NCBI GenBank assembly: GCA_012295275.1
Contig: CM022666.1
Span: 1,364,001 to 1,428,000 of the forward strand
Direction: 5' to 3'
Length of the DNA: 64,000 nt
Source: Chrysomallon squamiferum
Taxonomy: Eukaryota; Animalia; Mollusca
Made by a program: the position numbers and the translations under genes. Below are positions 13,136-23,938 of the stretch, piece after piece. The notes under the pieces are model-generated. The model was not told the origin of the DNA, did not search any database, and worked only from the letters and a program-made list of their open reading frames with translations. Numbering within the stretch: the stretch's first letter is position 1; each line of letters opens with the position of its first letter.

Positions 13136-13497
13136 TACAGTCAAACTTGGATAATTCAAAAGCTGACTGCTCAAAAACTCTCAATCTATTGATCTAAAAA
13201 TCTCAATCTATTGATCTAAAAATCTCAATCTATTGATCTAAAAATCTCAATTTATTGATCTAAAAATCTCAATTTATTGATCTAAAAATCTCAATCTATT
13301 GATCTGAAAATCTCAATCTATTGAACTGAAAGTCTGGTCCTGGCTGAGCTACTACAGAAGTTGATAATAAATGACCTCTGAATAATCAAACGTCGATATC
13401 TCAAAAAACCTCTATTTTCTCAAAGCTCTTTACAGTCCCAGAATACTGATTTAATAGAAATTAGCCTTTGATAACTCCAAGTGCTGGAGTAACTGTA
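13136..13497. mobile_element. Probable decayed pogo/Tigger-like MITE
   Basis: Starts TA-CAGTCAAACTTGGATAATTCAAA and ends ACTG-TA, with internal GATAACTC/GATATCTC-like subrepeats. The terminal match is only a few bases. Confidence 0.4.
13179..13332. repeat. 22-bp minisatellite x7 (TCTCAATCTATTGATCTAAAAA)
   Basis: Units start at 13179, 13201, 13223, 13245, 13267, 13289 and 13311. Confidence 0.95.
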
Positions 13498-14322
13498 GAT
13501 CAAAAATGCCATGAGTGTGGGTTTTTAAAAATTAAATGTTTCTTTCTACCTTCTAATAAATGACAATATTTAAATTTATCTTGTGATAAAATTTGCCAGT
13601 GAATGCAAAGTAAAATGTTGTTGAATTACTGGAATATCTCGCATTGTTTAAATGGATAAGTACTCTAAAGTACGTTGCATTTCTGTGTATAAATATTTCT
13701 ATAAAGGCATTATTTTAAAAAATGTTATGAATGTGATCTTTTGTTTCTTGCATGTGCTTGGCAAATTAATTTTTGAATTAAAAAAATATATATATACTTT
13801 TAAGTACTGGAATTATTGTTCAAGCTTAATATTAAAATATATTAATTTTTATTGGAAGCTAATATTGATTTAAGACATACACATGCAACAAATAAAATAA
13901 ATAATAATAATACTAACCAAATAAAAAAATAATAATAATAAAACAATTTAAAAATAATAATAATAAAATAAAAAATGAAATAATAATAATAATAATAAAA
14001 ATGAAATAATAATAATAATAATAATGAACAAATAATATAATAATAATAATAAAAAAAATAATATAATAATAAGAACAAATAAAATAGGTATCATTCAATT
14101 TACTATTAAAGATATATTTTAAACAAAATATAATAAATTAAAGAAAACAGTAGTCAAAAAAAAAACAACTAAAGTTCACAAAAATATTCAACTAAGTACT
14201 GAGTTTTTTTCAAAACGTGCATGCATGCATGCATACATACATACACATACATATACATTTAAATATGCATAAAGTGTGTGTGTACATACATGCATGTGTC
14301 TGTCTGTCTGTCTGTGTATTAC

Positions 14323-14548
14323 CTTGATAGTGAGTTTCCAGGTGCTGCTGGTTGTTGGCAAGGAGCCTGAGCTGCTCTGACAGGGCGTGGTCGAAGAGAC
14401 TCTCTCTAAGCCAGGACAGGGCTTTGGTGTCATCGTCGCAGCTCTGGGAGAGTCGACTGATCCGCTCAATGCTGGGAGCCATCACTGGATTGATCCACTT
14501 CAGTCCCTTAACAAAGGGCCAGAAATCTCCATCGGCAACGGAGTGGTT
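14323..14548 (-). CDS. RUBCN: Rubicon coding exon 3, RUN domain (NHSVADGDFWPFVKGLKW...KALSWLRESL...HYQ)
   Basis: Acceptor ttcttccag, donor AAG|gtaata. RUN-type DFW.FV and W.R.SL motifs. An in-frame alternative acceptor exists at 14578. Confidence 0.92.
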
Positions 14549-14560
14549 CTGGAAGAAACG

Positions 14561-14865
14561 AAGAGAAATATTTCCTCTCTGAAGAAAAATGTGGCCGTAT
14601 GATAAAGAAAGCATGACTAAAACGAAATATTGCCACCGTAAAGATAAAAATATTACCATGATCAAAAAGAAATATTACCAGTGATGAAAAAAATGTTGCC
14701 GTTAGTGAGTAGAAATATTACCGAAATGATGAAAAATATTACAATGACTAAAAAGAAGTATTACCAGTGATGAAAAAATATTACGATAGAAGAAAAAATA
14801 AATTTACCAATGATGAAAAAAATATTAACATGAGTGGAAAGAAATATTTCTTCATGGGTTGAAAA
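14561..14865. repeat. Degenerate about 21-bp tandem repeat (AAATATTACCAGTGATGAAAA-like)
   Basis: More than ten aaatatt(a/g)c cores spaced about 20-23 bp apart in RUBCN intron 2. Confidence 0.75.
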
Positions 14866-15004
14866 AAAAAAAAAGGCAAAATGTAGTACTTCATTATCTG
14901 CTACTACAACTATAACTACTTCTTCCACCACTACCACTACTACTTTTACTACTACTACTGTTATTACTACAGCTACTACTACTACAAATAACAATAACAA
15001 CAAC

Positions 15005-15155
15005 CTGTGTAGATTTCAGCCCATGTTTCAGAATGTTTTCAACACAGCGACAGACTCGGTTTAGCCCACCGTATGTATTCCATACATTGATACTGTGTGT
15101 GGCCAACAGACCTTCGATGGTTGTCTTTAATGAAATCAGCAGACCATGTTCGGAA
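15005..15155 (-). CDS. RUBCN: Rubicon coding exon 2, start of RUN domain (SEHGLLISLKTTIEGLLATHSINVWNTYGGLNRVCRCVENILKHGLKSTQ)
   Basis: Acceptor tttttccag, donor CAG|gttgtt. Resembles the Rubicon LKTTVEGL...VWSKYGGLERLC...IL.HGL motif. Confidence 0.93.
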
Positions 15156-15315
15156 CTGGAAAAACACAACGTAATAATGTTAATACAGAGAATAATTCTT
15201 GAATATTACACTAGATATAAAATAGCTATTCAGCCTGAGTCAGTCTAATGCTGACAACCTATTCTAAATCAGATGATAGGTAAGACTCATAATTATTATT
15301 ATTCTGTATACTTTG

Positions 15316-15395
<80 letters not shown>

Positions 15396-16515
15396 AATAA
15401 ATAACAGTAAAATGACAGTGTATTTACTTATGTTCAAATAATCTTTGACAACTCTGGCTACACATTTTACAGTTATGCTGCTAATGAACAAAATCAAAAT
15501 AATTGGTAACATCTTGTTTTCATCTGACATCAAGTTCTTAGTTCTACCAATACACAAAACTCAAATAAGCCCTTTTACGTCCTCACACAAGTCACACTGT
15601 ATAAATATAGGTTTTATATTAAATGACAGACATTACAGATAGTTTTATTAACTATAAAATTATTTAAGTATTAATGTGATACAAGTCAGAAACAGATTTC
15701 ACAAAATTGGAATAAGTTTTTATATCAGTTTTGATAGTAATTGCTAATATCTTAAGAAATCACCATGGCTATGTAACATTACAAACTATGATAGCTCTTG
15801 CTAATGATTGACATCAGTGAAAAGAAGAAAAAAATAATATTTTTAATGGTGATAATAATATTTTTTTATTTTAAAATCAAGAATTGAACTATAAGCTTTT
15901 TATAATAATGGAAAATTTAACAGGATCTAATTTAAATAACTGTGTCTGCAACGAGATTTGCACTTTAAACAGAATAACAAAAATGATGTCAAATAATACT
16001 TTTGTGAATATTTAATGTTGTGGACTATAAATAGGTAATTTTTTAATTTTTACTTTTGATTATCAGAACTATTACTTCCTTGTTTGAATTTTAATAATTA
16101 TTATGACCAAATTAGGAATATAATGGTATCTATAAAATAAAAATCAAAAAGTAAATATAAACAATAATGTTCTAACGAACTGAAAATGTTCCTTTCAAAA
16201 GGCGTTCATATAAAAAGTCGTATAAAATAAATATATTTTAACTCCATAAATAGACGTTCTTTAATACAGTTCGACTATTTTATTTATATTATATTAACTG
16301 AATTAGAGTATTGCCACGTTTACCCCAAATGGACCTCAATTTAATCGTGTTTTAACTTCGTGAATCATCCAGGAATCATGTATTACCGAATTATGGACAC
16401 AGAAGACTTTCGAAAATAAATTTATTACTTTAGATATTATTTACCAAAGACATGTATTATAAAACTCTTGTGTGACAAACTGTTACGACTCTAAAACCAA
16501 TTCATTACCACCCAC

Positions 16516-16553
16516 CGTGTATTTTCCTCATCTGTCTGCTCATCATCCGCCAT
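16516..16553 (-). CDS. RUBCN: Rubicon coding exon 1 (MADDEQTDEENT-R)
   Basis: ATG in gtaATGGCG context; donor CG|gtgggt; phase 2 matches the next exon. Confidence 0.8.
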
Positions 16554-17761
16554 TACTGTAACAATTAAAGGGAAACAAATCTTATTGACATTTTTGAGTA
16601 ATTTCCCTTAGACTGTAAACTGACACAAATATGAGGCAAATACCTCATATCAAAATCGACGATTTTTAATATTTTTTTGTACAAAGATTTTATTTTAAAA
16701 ATATAAAATTTAAATCTCTATTCAAATAGAGACTATATTAGACTATGTTAAATTGTCATTCTTTTCATTAAAGATGATATGAAAACAAAAACAAAACTAA
16801 TTTTTCAAATTTTATTCAGAAACTGCTGATCATACAGTATATTAGTTTTCTCATTTTATTAAAATATCTGGAAAAAAAAAATTAGTGAAAACATGAATGC
16901 AAAATTTATTTTATTATTATTATTTATTTATTTTATTATTTTGTTTTCCTGTGCAAACAATATTAATCACTAAAAAAAAAAGAAAACAAAAACAAAAATT
17001 AAATAAAAATAAATTAAAAACTAAAAAAAAAAAAAAAACAAAAAAAGTAAAAATTAAATAAAAAAAAATAAATTAGAAAACAAACAGTCATGGAAAAATT
17101 ACAGAGGGGATCAAATTATTCAAAATTAAAAAAAAAAAAATTTAAAGCATTAAAAAAATAAAATAAAATAAAAGAAAGAAATCTGGCTGGAGTTAAAATG
17201 TTGAGAATGTGATAATTAAAGTCTTAATGCTATGAAAATGAATTGACAAAGGAAATTTCCATGACTTTCATCTAAGGTGCCGATATTAAAATACCCCGAG
17301 TCCTAAAAACCCTAGGGCTGGTTCTGGTAATGACTGATACCTGTTGTTTTAAGAGATTGTTTTACCTGTTATGTAACATGTTACTGAATCAGTTTATAGT
17401 TAATCATGGTAACATAAATATTTTTTTTGAATGTCTATTTATAATTTTTTCTTTGATACATTATGTTTTCATGACTTCATGAAATATTTTAAAGAAAAAA
17501 GATATTAATATTTAACAGTATTTAAAAAATGTAATTTTAAATTTTGTAATATAGTTACTTTATACAAAATTCAATTGTTTTTCAGGGAATCCAGTGATTT
17601 TGCAAGAACTTTCTGTAATATTTTCAATAAGATTCTCTTATAATAAAAATTGTATGAATCCAGTCACACTTCATCACCACAGATGAACAATGATGATTAT
17701 GATGATAATAGTAATGAGAAAACGAAGAAAATGAACACAACAACTATTTAAGAGATGAAAC

Positions 17762-17767
17762 TTTATT
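17762..17767 (-). terminator. Candidate CWC15 polyadenylation signal AATAAA
   Basis: AATAAA on the minus strand followed about 20 nt later by GU-rich gttgtgttcatt. Nearer AATAAA hexamers (e.g. 18493-18498) also exist. Confidence 0.35.
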
Positions 17768-18764
17768 TTTAAATTAACACAAAAAAGTAATCATTATTTT
17801 TGCCTGAATTTTCAAAAACAAAATTCTTGTAAGTTTCAGATTAAAAACAAACCTATATATAATATCACTACATTCTTAGTTTTGTTAAATATTTTTTAAA
17901 TTTCCATTTTCCATTTTCTGCCCATTTCTTACTTAATGTTCATAGTCATCAAATTTATAAATAATTAATGACACAAATGTAAGATAACTAAGAGAAAAAA
18001 AAAAAAAAATTTTTTTTAAAATGATCTGTGTACACAAGAAAAATTAAATACTGTAAAAAATGTTTTTTGAAAATTAGCAGAACCAAAATGAATTGTGACA
18101 ATAGACTTGTTATTATTATTTTTTTTAAAACAAAGAAAAAATTTAAAATTATTTTAAAAATGTTAAAACAGAAGAATATTTTTGTCAGAGGATATATTAA
18201 CTTTCATCTCCAAAAATATTATACAGCATAAATATAGAATTTATAGAAATGTTAATTATATGAACATACAACCTCCCCCCAAAAAAACCCTATACAATTT
18301 AGCATTATAGTAATAATTCTAAAAAAAATAATAATAAAATATACACTGTGAAAGGAAATCTAAGAAACTCAGAAAATAAAGAACATTATTTTAAAATAAT
18401 TTTCCCTTTATAAATTTAATATTTCGATTCTATTTATTCCAACTAATTTTTGTGTAAATTTATTTTTATAATAGATTCAAACATGTATAATCTTTATTTA
18501 AACTGTAATAAAATTTAGAAACTCTTATTAACTAGGAATTGATGATGAATTAATTCCTTTTTTCACAAGAAATTTATATCTTTGTTTAAAACTGACCAAG
18601 TTTACGTCAGGCTGTGGAAACAGAAGCATTCCTCAGATTAAATTTTCTTTCTTCACAAAAGAATTCAGTTCTAATTCTTTTTTTTTTTTTTTTTACATTT
18701 TCACATGCACATCACTGTCAAATTCAAACAGACAAAAAAAAAAAAAAAAAAGATGCTTTCTCCT

Positions 18765-18891
18765 CTATTTTACATATTTCTCCATAAACTTTTTATGAAA
18801 TTCAGAACGTAGAGTGTCATTGATAAAACCTTTTTTCTTTGCATCTTCTTCACCTTTGGAACAGTTTTTAAACACAACATCATCATCCCAT
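18765..18891 (-). CDS. CWC15: CWC15 last coding exon ([10 protein letters not shown]...EKYVK*)
   Basis: Acceptor tttttacag; TAG stop at 18767-18765. Confidence 0.96.
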
Positions 18892-19348
18892 CTGTAAAAA
18901 TGGAGAATAAAAAAAAAATAAGTAAATGTTATCTCTGCAAACTGTAAGTTAGTTAACTTTCTCTAGATAATATAAAATAAAGGAAAAAAAAAATATAAAT
19001 AAAATTTTTTAAAAACCAAGTAAATTTATAGAAAGAAGTAAAAAAAAATATAAATAAAATAAATTTGAAATGAAATTAACAGTAAAAAAAAAAAAAATTT
19101 AAATAAATAAATAAAATAGAAATAAAGTAGAATAGTTTCAAAAGTTATTTCAGTTATAAATTTTATCTAGTAAGTCAGTATAAAATTTAAGTAAAAACAA
19201 ACATAATGAAAATTAAATTACAATTAAATTAAATTCTATTAAGATTTTTGCAATATTCTAGTATATTTGTTATTTTTATCAAATTGCCAATTTTCTTACT
19301 CACAATAAATATATATAAAATTATAAAATTTTTATTTTTTTGATTTAC

Positions 19349-19461
19349 CTTCTTTTTACTTTAAATTCTTGTGCTGTTTTGTCGGCAGGGTTTAAAAGGG
19401 GATTCCCCTTCAGTATGATTTCAGTTCGAATTCTTTCTTCTTCCTGTTTCTTCTCAGCATC
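19349..19461 (-). CDS. CWC15: CWC15 coding exon 5 (DAEKKQEEERIRTEIILKGNPLLNPADKTAQEFKVKR)
   Basis: Acceptor attttcag, donor AG|gtaaat; GNPLLN motif. Confidence 0.95.
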
Positions 19462-19803
19462 CTGAAAATGAAAAAACAAAATAAAATAAAATAAAATAAA
19501 TAAATAATAAAAAAATTAATTAATTAATAAAAATATTAACTGATTCATAATAACAATAATAATTCTGTTTCGAAAAATTGTCTGCTTTTACATGACTTAA
19601 ATACTAAATATTTCTAAAGTGAATAAGTAAAACGTAATAAAGCTACGACATAAATGTCACTAAAGAAAAAAACCTAGCAATTAAGTCATGCAGCTAATAA
19701 TAAATAAGCAAAATAATTCCAGTTTCTTATCCATTCATTTTAAAAATATTGGTCTTATGTTCTAAAATAAATAAATTAAAAAGAAAATGAGTGCAGTACA
19801 AAC

Positions 19804-19908
19804 CAGTTTCTGTTTTTCTAGAGCTCTCTCCTTTTTTATCTTCTGCAGCTCTGCTAAAAGTTCTGCTGTTTCATCTTCATCATCAGAGTCGTCAGAGTCA
19901 TCATCATC
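19804..19908 (-). CDS. CWC15: CWC15 coding exon 4 (DDDDSDDSDDEDETAELLAELQKIKKERALEKQKL)
   Basis: Acceptor gctttcag, donor CTG|gtttgt; TA.LLAEL.KIKKERA motif. Confidence 0.95.
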
Positions 19909-20665
19909 CTGAAAGCAGCAACAAAAGATGTGGTTAATGTAACTTATTTTTAAAATCAGAAAGTTAATAATGTATCATTATTATCAGATATTGATGTATT
20001 ATTTTCACAATTTTTGCATTCATTATTTTACTAAATATCTCCAAGGCAGAATTTTTATTTTTTTTAAAGCTAAAATATAAAAATTAGTGTTTTAAATCTG
20101 ATTAAACATTATTGTAAGTGAATTATAATTTTATAGCAAAGAATGTCCAGAGCTTGAGAAAAAGTTTTTATTTTTTATTGTAAATTACCACTACATGCTG
20201 GAACTCAAAATTGGTCATATATTTAAAAAATAAATAATTTCAGTGTAAGGAAAGATTTCTCAAAATATAGAAATCTCTTAAATATTCCAAATTTTATATG
20301 TTATTGCTAAAACTGAATAAAAAATTAGTTCCCAGTAATTATTTTCTGTGAATATTACTTTTTAAATTAAATAACTAAAATTTGCATTAATTAATGAATC
20401 AGAAACAAATTATATAAAAATAATTAGTAATATTAATAATTAAATGTTTAATCTAAATACATTCCCTCATTTTGACAAAGAAATTATTGTAGTAGTTGTC
20501 ACTGTTTCATCAAAATATTTAAATGCATAAAAGAAAATAAAAAAATAAAAATTATATATAAAGTATATATATTTTTGACAAAATAATAATAATAATGAAG
20601 AATAAAGAAATTTAGTGTTTTTTTCATTATTAGGATTTATTATTTATTAACAAAACTGTACTAAC

Positions 20666-20748
20666 ATCATCATCTATGGGGTCATCAGCATCAAGGTTGG
20701 CAGCAGGAATTGCTTCTAGTCTTGGCCTTTTACTGCTACTAGATGAAT
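20666..20748 (-). CDS. CWC15: CWC15 coding exon 3 (SSSSSKRPRLEAIPAANLDADDPIDDD)
   Basis: Acceptor tgtttcag, donor GAT|gttagt; AANLDADDP motif. Confidence 0.95.
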
Positions 20749-20787
20749 CTGAAACAGCACAAACAGAAATTAATAATAATTAAAACA

Positions 20788-20818
<31 letters not shown>

Positions 20819-21062
20819 AAATAAATAAATAAATAAAACAAATTTCAGAGAAAATTTCTAAAATAATTAACTCAGCTTTTTTTTCTATTTGACAGAATGA
20901 ATCAGGCTGGGGAGTTTTAATCTTACTGTAGAAGAAATAAATTTAAAACTTAATACTTTTATTATACGGAACTAAAATAAAAAAAATTAAACACAATTTC
21001 ATGTGAAATTTTAAATGCTAGATTTTTAATTTTGGGGTAAATATTTCATGCAGTGTACTAAC

Positions 21063-21166
21063 CTCGGTTTCTGTCTCGTTTTTCTCTTGCACTTCTTTCT
21101 CTGTCTTCAAGTTCACGTCGGAAGTCACGACTTCGAATATCATCTTGTGTGTTCTGACCTTCTTGT
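21063..21166 (-). CDS. CWC15: CWC15 coding exon 2 (QEGQNTQDDIRSRDFRRELEDRERSAREKRDRNR)
   Basis: Acceptor gtgcag, donor GAG|gttagt; RDFRRELE motif. Confidence 0.95.
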
Positions 21167-21609
21167 CTGCACATATGTAGAAATTAAAATCATCTTTAAT
21201 TACAGAGAACCAGGGCACTTTCTGCTCTTCGATTTTTTCAATAATATGTTAAGAAAGAAGAAGAAAATCTCAAAGAGAGAGAGAGAGAGAGAATATGAGA
21301 TGTTGTCTATTTATTGGAATTTAAATTAATTACCATACAAACTAGTTTTTAATGGAAAATCTGATGTTGAATGAGAAAATCAACTCACATAATTAATATT
21401 ATTTTCACTGAGATATTGTCAACACAAAGACAGATATTTTATTAAGTACTTAAAAAAGTAATATACGATACTACAAAGTTTCTGTTGTAAGCACTGCACA
21501 GTGTTTACATATATGGAAGAAATCAAAACTGTTATGGTGGTGTACATCAAAGTACACAAAAACTTAATATAGATACTTAAATATGTTGATTATTCTGGTT
21601 GCTACGTAC

Positions 21610-21746
21610 CTGTATTTTAGTTTAGTGTGTGCAGGCAAATCTCTGCTCGAGTACTGTTTTGACAAAGCACTCAAATCTCCCCCTCCCTCACCTTTACCCC
21701 GCCCTCCTCTTGCTGGTTCCCAGGTAGGTCGGGCAGCTGTAGTCAT
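21610..21746 (-). CDS. CWC15: CWC15 coding exon 1 ([45 protein letters not shown])
   Basis: Conserved N-terminus; donor AG|gtacgt. A strong acceptor ttttctttcag at 21779-21780 implies an upstream UTR exon. Confidence 0.97.
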
Positions 21747-22335
21747 TCTGCTATATGGTTTAAATAATAATGAAAATTCTGAAAGAAAACAAAGGGGGAG
21801 ATATCAACTACAATTTCTAAGTAATAAAAGGAATTATTAGTTTATTCTATCTAAACCTATCAATAAAATGATTCTTATATCGTGTCCAAAACTGGGACAG
21901 TGGAATAACTGGATATCTTGTTAACTGTTCATATGTTAACACTGAAATGTTAAAGTAAAAATTGTCTTCTTTTAAGTAAGGCAAATTAAATTCTGTAATT
22001 AATTATCTTGATGTCATAAACTGATAAAGCACATACTTTCACTTTGTTACAACATGGAAATATAATAAATTGACATCATTTTCGTCATTCTCGTACCCCT
22101 ATTTATTTATTATTTTTTTTTATTAAATTTAAATTAATAAGGTCTTTTGGAAATTAATGTCAACTCTCGATTCTTATTTTCATCAATATTCTTTATAATT
22201 GATTAAAGTTTTTACAAATTTTAGCACAGCCACAACTTCGCACAAGATTACATTAGTAAATAAATGTCAGTATTTAAGAGAAATATCATCTATTTTAAAT
22301 ATATGAAGACTACTACCAAATAAAATCTGACTTAC

Positions 22336-22450
22336 ATTTCAAGTATATCTCTTACTGTAAGTAATTCACGTTAAATTGTCTAAATGTTATTTTATTTTTA
22401 AAATCAAACGAATAGATCTTCTCGGACAGCCATACTTATTCGTTTGTGTT
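22336..22450 (-). other. CWC15: Putative non-coding first exon of CWC15 (5' end approximate)
   Basis: Consensus donor AAT|gtaagt at 22335 in a CpG-retaining region, upstream of the acceptor at 21779. Confidence 0.45.
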
Positions 22451-23084
22451 AGTACTTTCCACCTCGGAAGACGCTCATCACTAAATTGGTGAACAACGAA
22501 AACAGCATGCATATTCAAAGAAGCAGTTATAAATGTTAACACATCTACTTTGTAATGTTGCTGTTAAATATTTAAAAATATTAAAGTTTTAATTTATTTT
22601 TCATTTCACTGTTAAAAGGTATTCACGAGAATGAAATACAAAATGAATATTTGTTTTCCTTCAGATTTATTTCCCCTTTAAAGTCCATGTCCTACAAATG
22701 TTTTCGATGCATATGTTACAGAAAATATGTATAATTCCTGAAGATATCCGAAAATATGTGTAATCACTGAACTGAAACTAATGTGGACATTCCCAGAGCC
22801 ATAAGTCCGTAGAAAAAAAGCGAACTATGACATTGTGGACATGCTTGTTTGCTGGTTAGGAGATAACAATATAACTGAAAGGACTTTTGGACTCATATTT
22901 GTTCAGTTTCAGACATCCAGCTTTCACGACGAAATTAAGTATTTCACATTTGCGTCACAGATGTGTTCTGATACTTGCACAGAACTGTTATCTTGTAACC
23001 CACTCTCATGAAATTCTCCGTATACTGCAGTCAGAGGATGATCTACTTGCAGCCTTTGCAGTGCTAGTTTCATAAATCGAACTT

Positions 23085-23188
23085 AAATTTCCTAATAATA
23101 CATATTTTCTGAAATTTCTTATTAATACATATTTTCTGAAATTTCCTAATAACACATATTTTCTGAAATTTCCTAATAATACATATTC
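23085..23188. repeat. 27-bp minisatellite x4 (AAATTTCCTAATAATACATATTTTCTG)
   Basis: Units at 23085, 23112, 23139 and 23166. Confidence 0.95.
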
Positions 23189-23254
23189 CCTGTAACAATA
23201 TATACTATATAAATGCTGATATATAAATAAATAAATAATAACAACAACAACAGC

Positions 23255-23303
<49 letters not shown>

Positions 23304-23887
23304 TCCAAGCATCGCAAGGCAGCAGCGAGATGAAAATCACTGACAAGTTTTATATCATAAATTTGTAAATGGAGATTTACGTGCGTTTATGACGTAGATG
23401 AACAGATAGGAAGACCGACACAGTTACAGGTAACTAGACATTTAGAAGTGCAGTTAGTGATTACCAAAGACATGGATAATTAAATACGAGAAAAGATAAT
23501 TGCTATACACATATATTTTAAGCACTCCCAAGGACGGAAATAATCTCAGAATATATGAGCGTCGTCTGCTGAGGAAAAATGCCGCGGACAATTAAAGAAA
23601 ATGATTAGCGGGAATTCAGAAAAAAATGTATTTGGATGGTATATACTAATTCTTCTGTTTAAGAAATTTTAGAAAATTAAACTTATTATTATTATTATTA
23701 TTTAAATTTTTAGCTACCGATGGTTTCATTAAAATAAATAAATAAATGTTAGTTTCGAATAAGTGTGTTTCTTATAATAATTCTTTATATCCATGCAGTA
23801 ATATTTTGTTTTACTTTCTACGTATATCTACTTTTCTTTCTTTCGATCGATCGATCCATCCATTATCTCGCTATCCGTCTAATATAG

Positions 23888-23938
<51 letters not shown>

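Larger units (their letters stand above)
18765..21746 (-). other. CWC15: CWC15 gene coding span (Prp19/NTC-associated spliceosomal protein), complete, 222 aa
   Basis: Six exons total 669 nt. The protein starts [15 protein letters not shown] and ends [12 protein letters not shown]...[20 protein letters not shown], the Cwf15/Cwc15 signatures. Confidence 0.97.

Noticed and set aside
13179-13332. Short palindromic direct repeats superficially like a CRISPR array
   Set aside because: No unique spacers, no cas genes, and it lies in a eukaryotic intron.
14188-14602. Overlapping alternative-frame and antisense ORFs over RUBCN exon 3
   Set aside because: Shadow ORFs of a GC-richer coding exon.
21018-21218. 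66-aa ORF MPWFSVIKDD...
   Set aside because: Wrong frame over CWC15 exon 2; the conserved RDFRRELE frame is the real one.
23006-23317. ORF with repeated KYVLLGNFR
   Set aside because: Translation of the 27-bp minisatellite plus (ATT)n.
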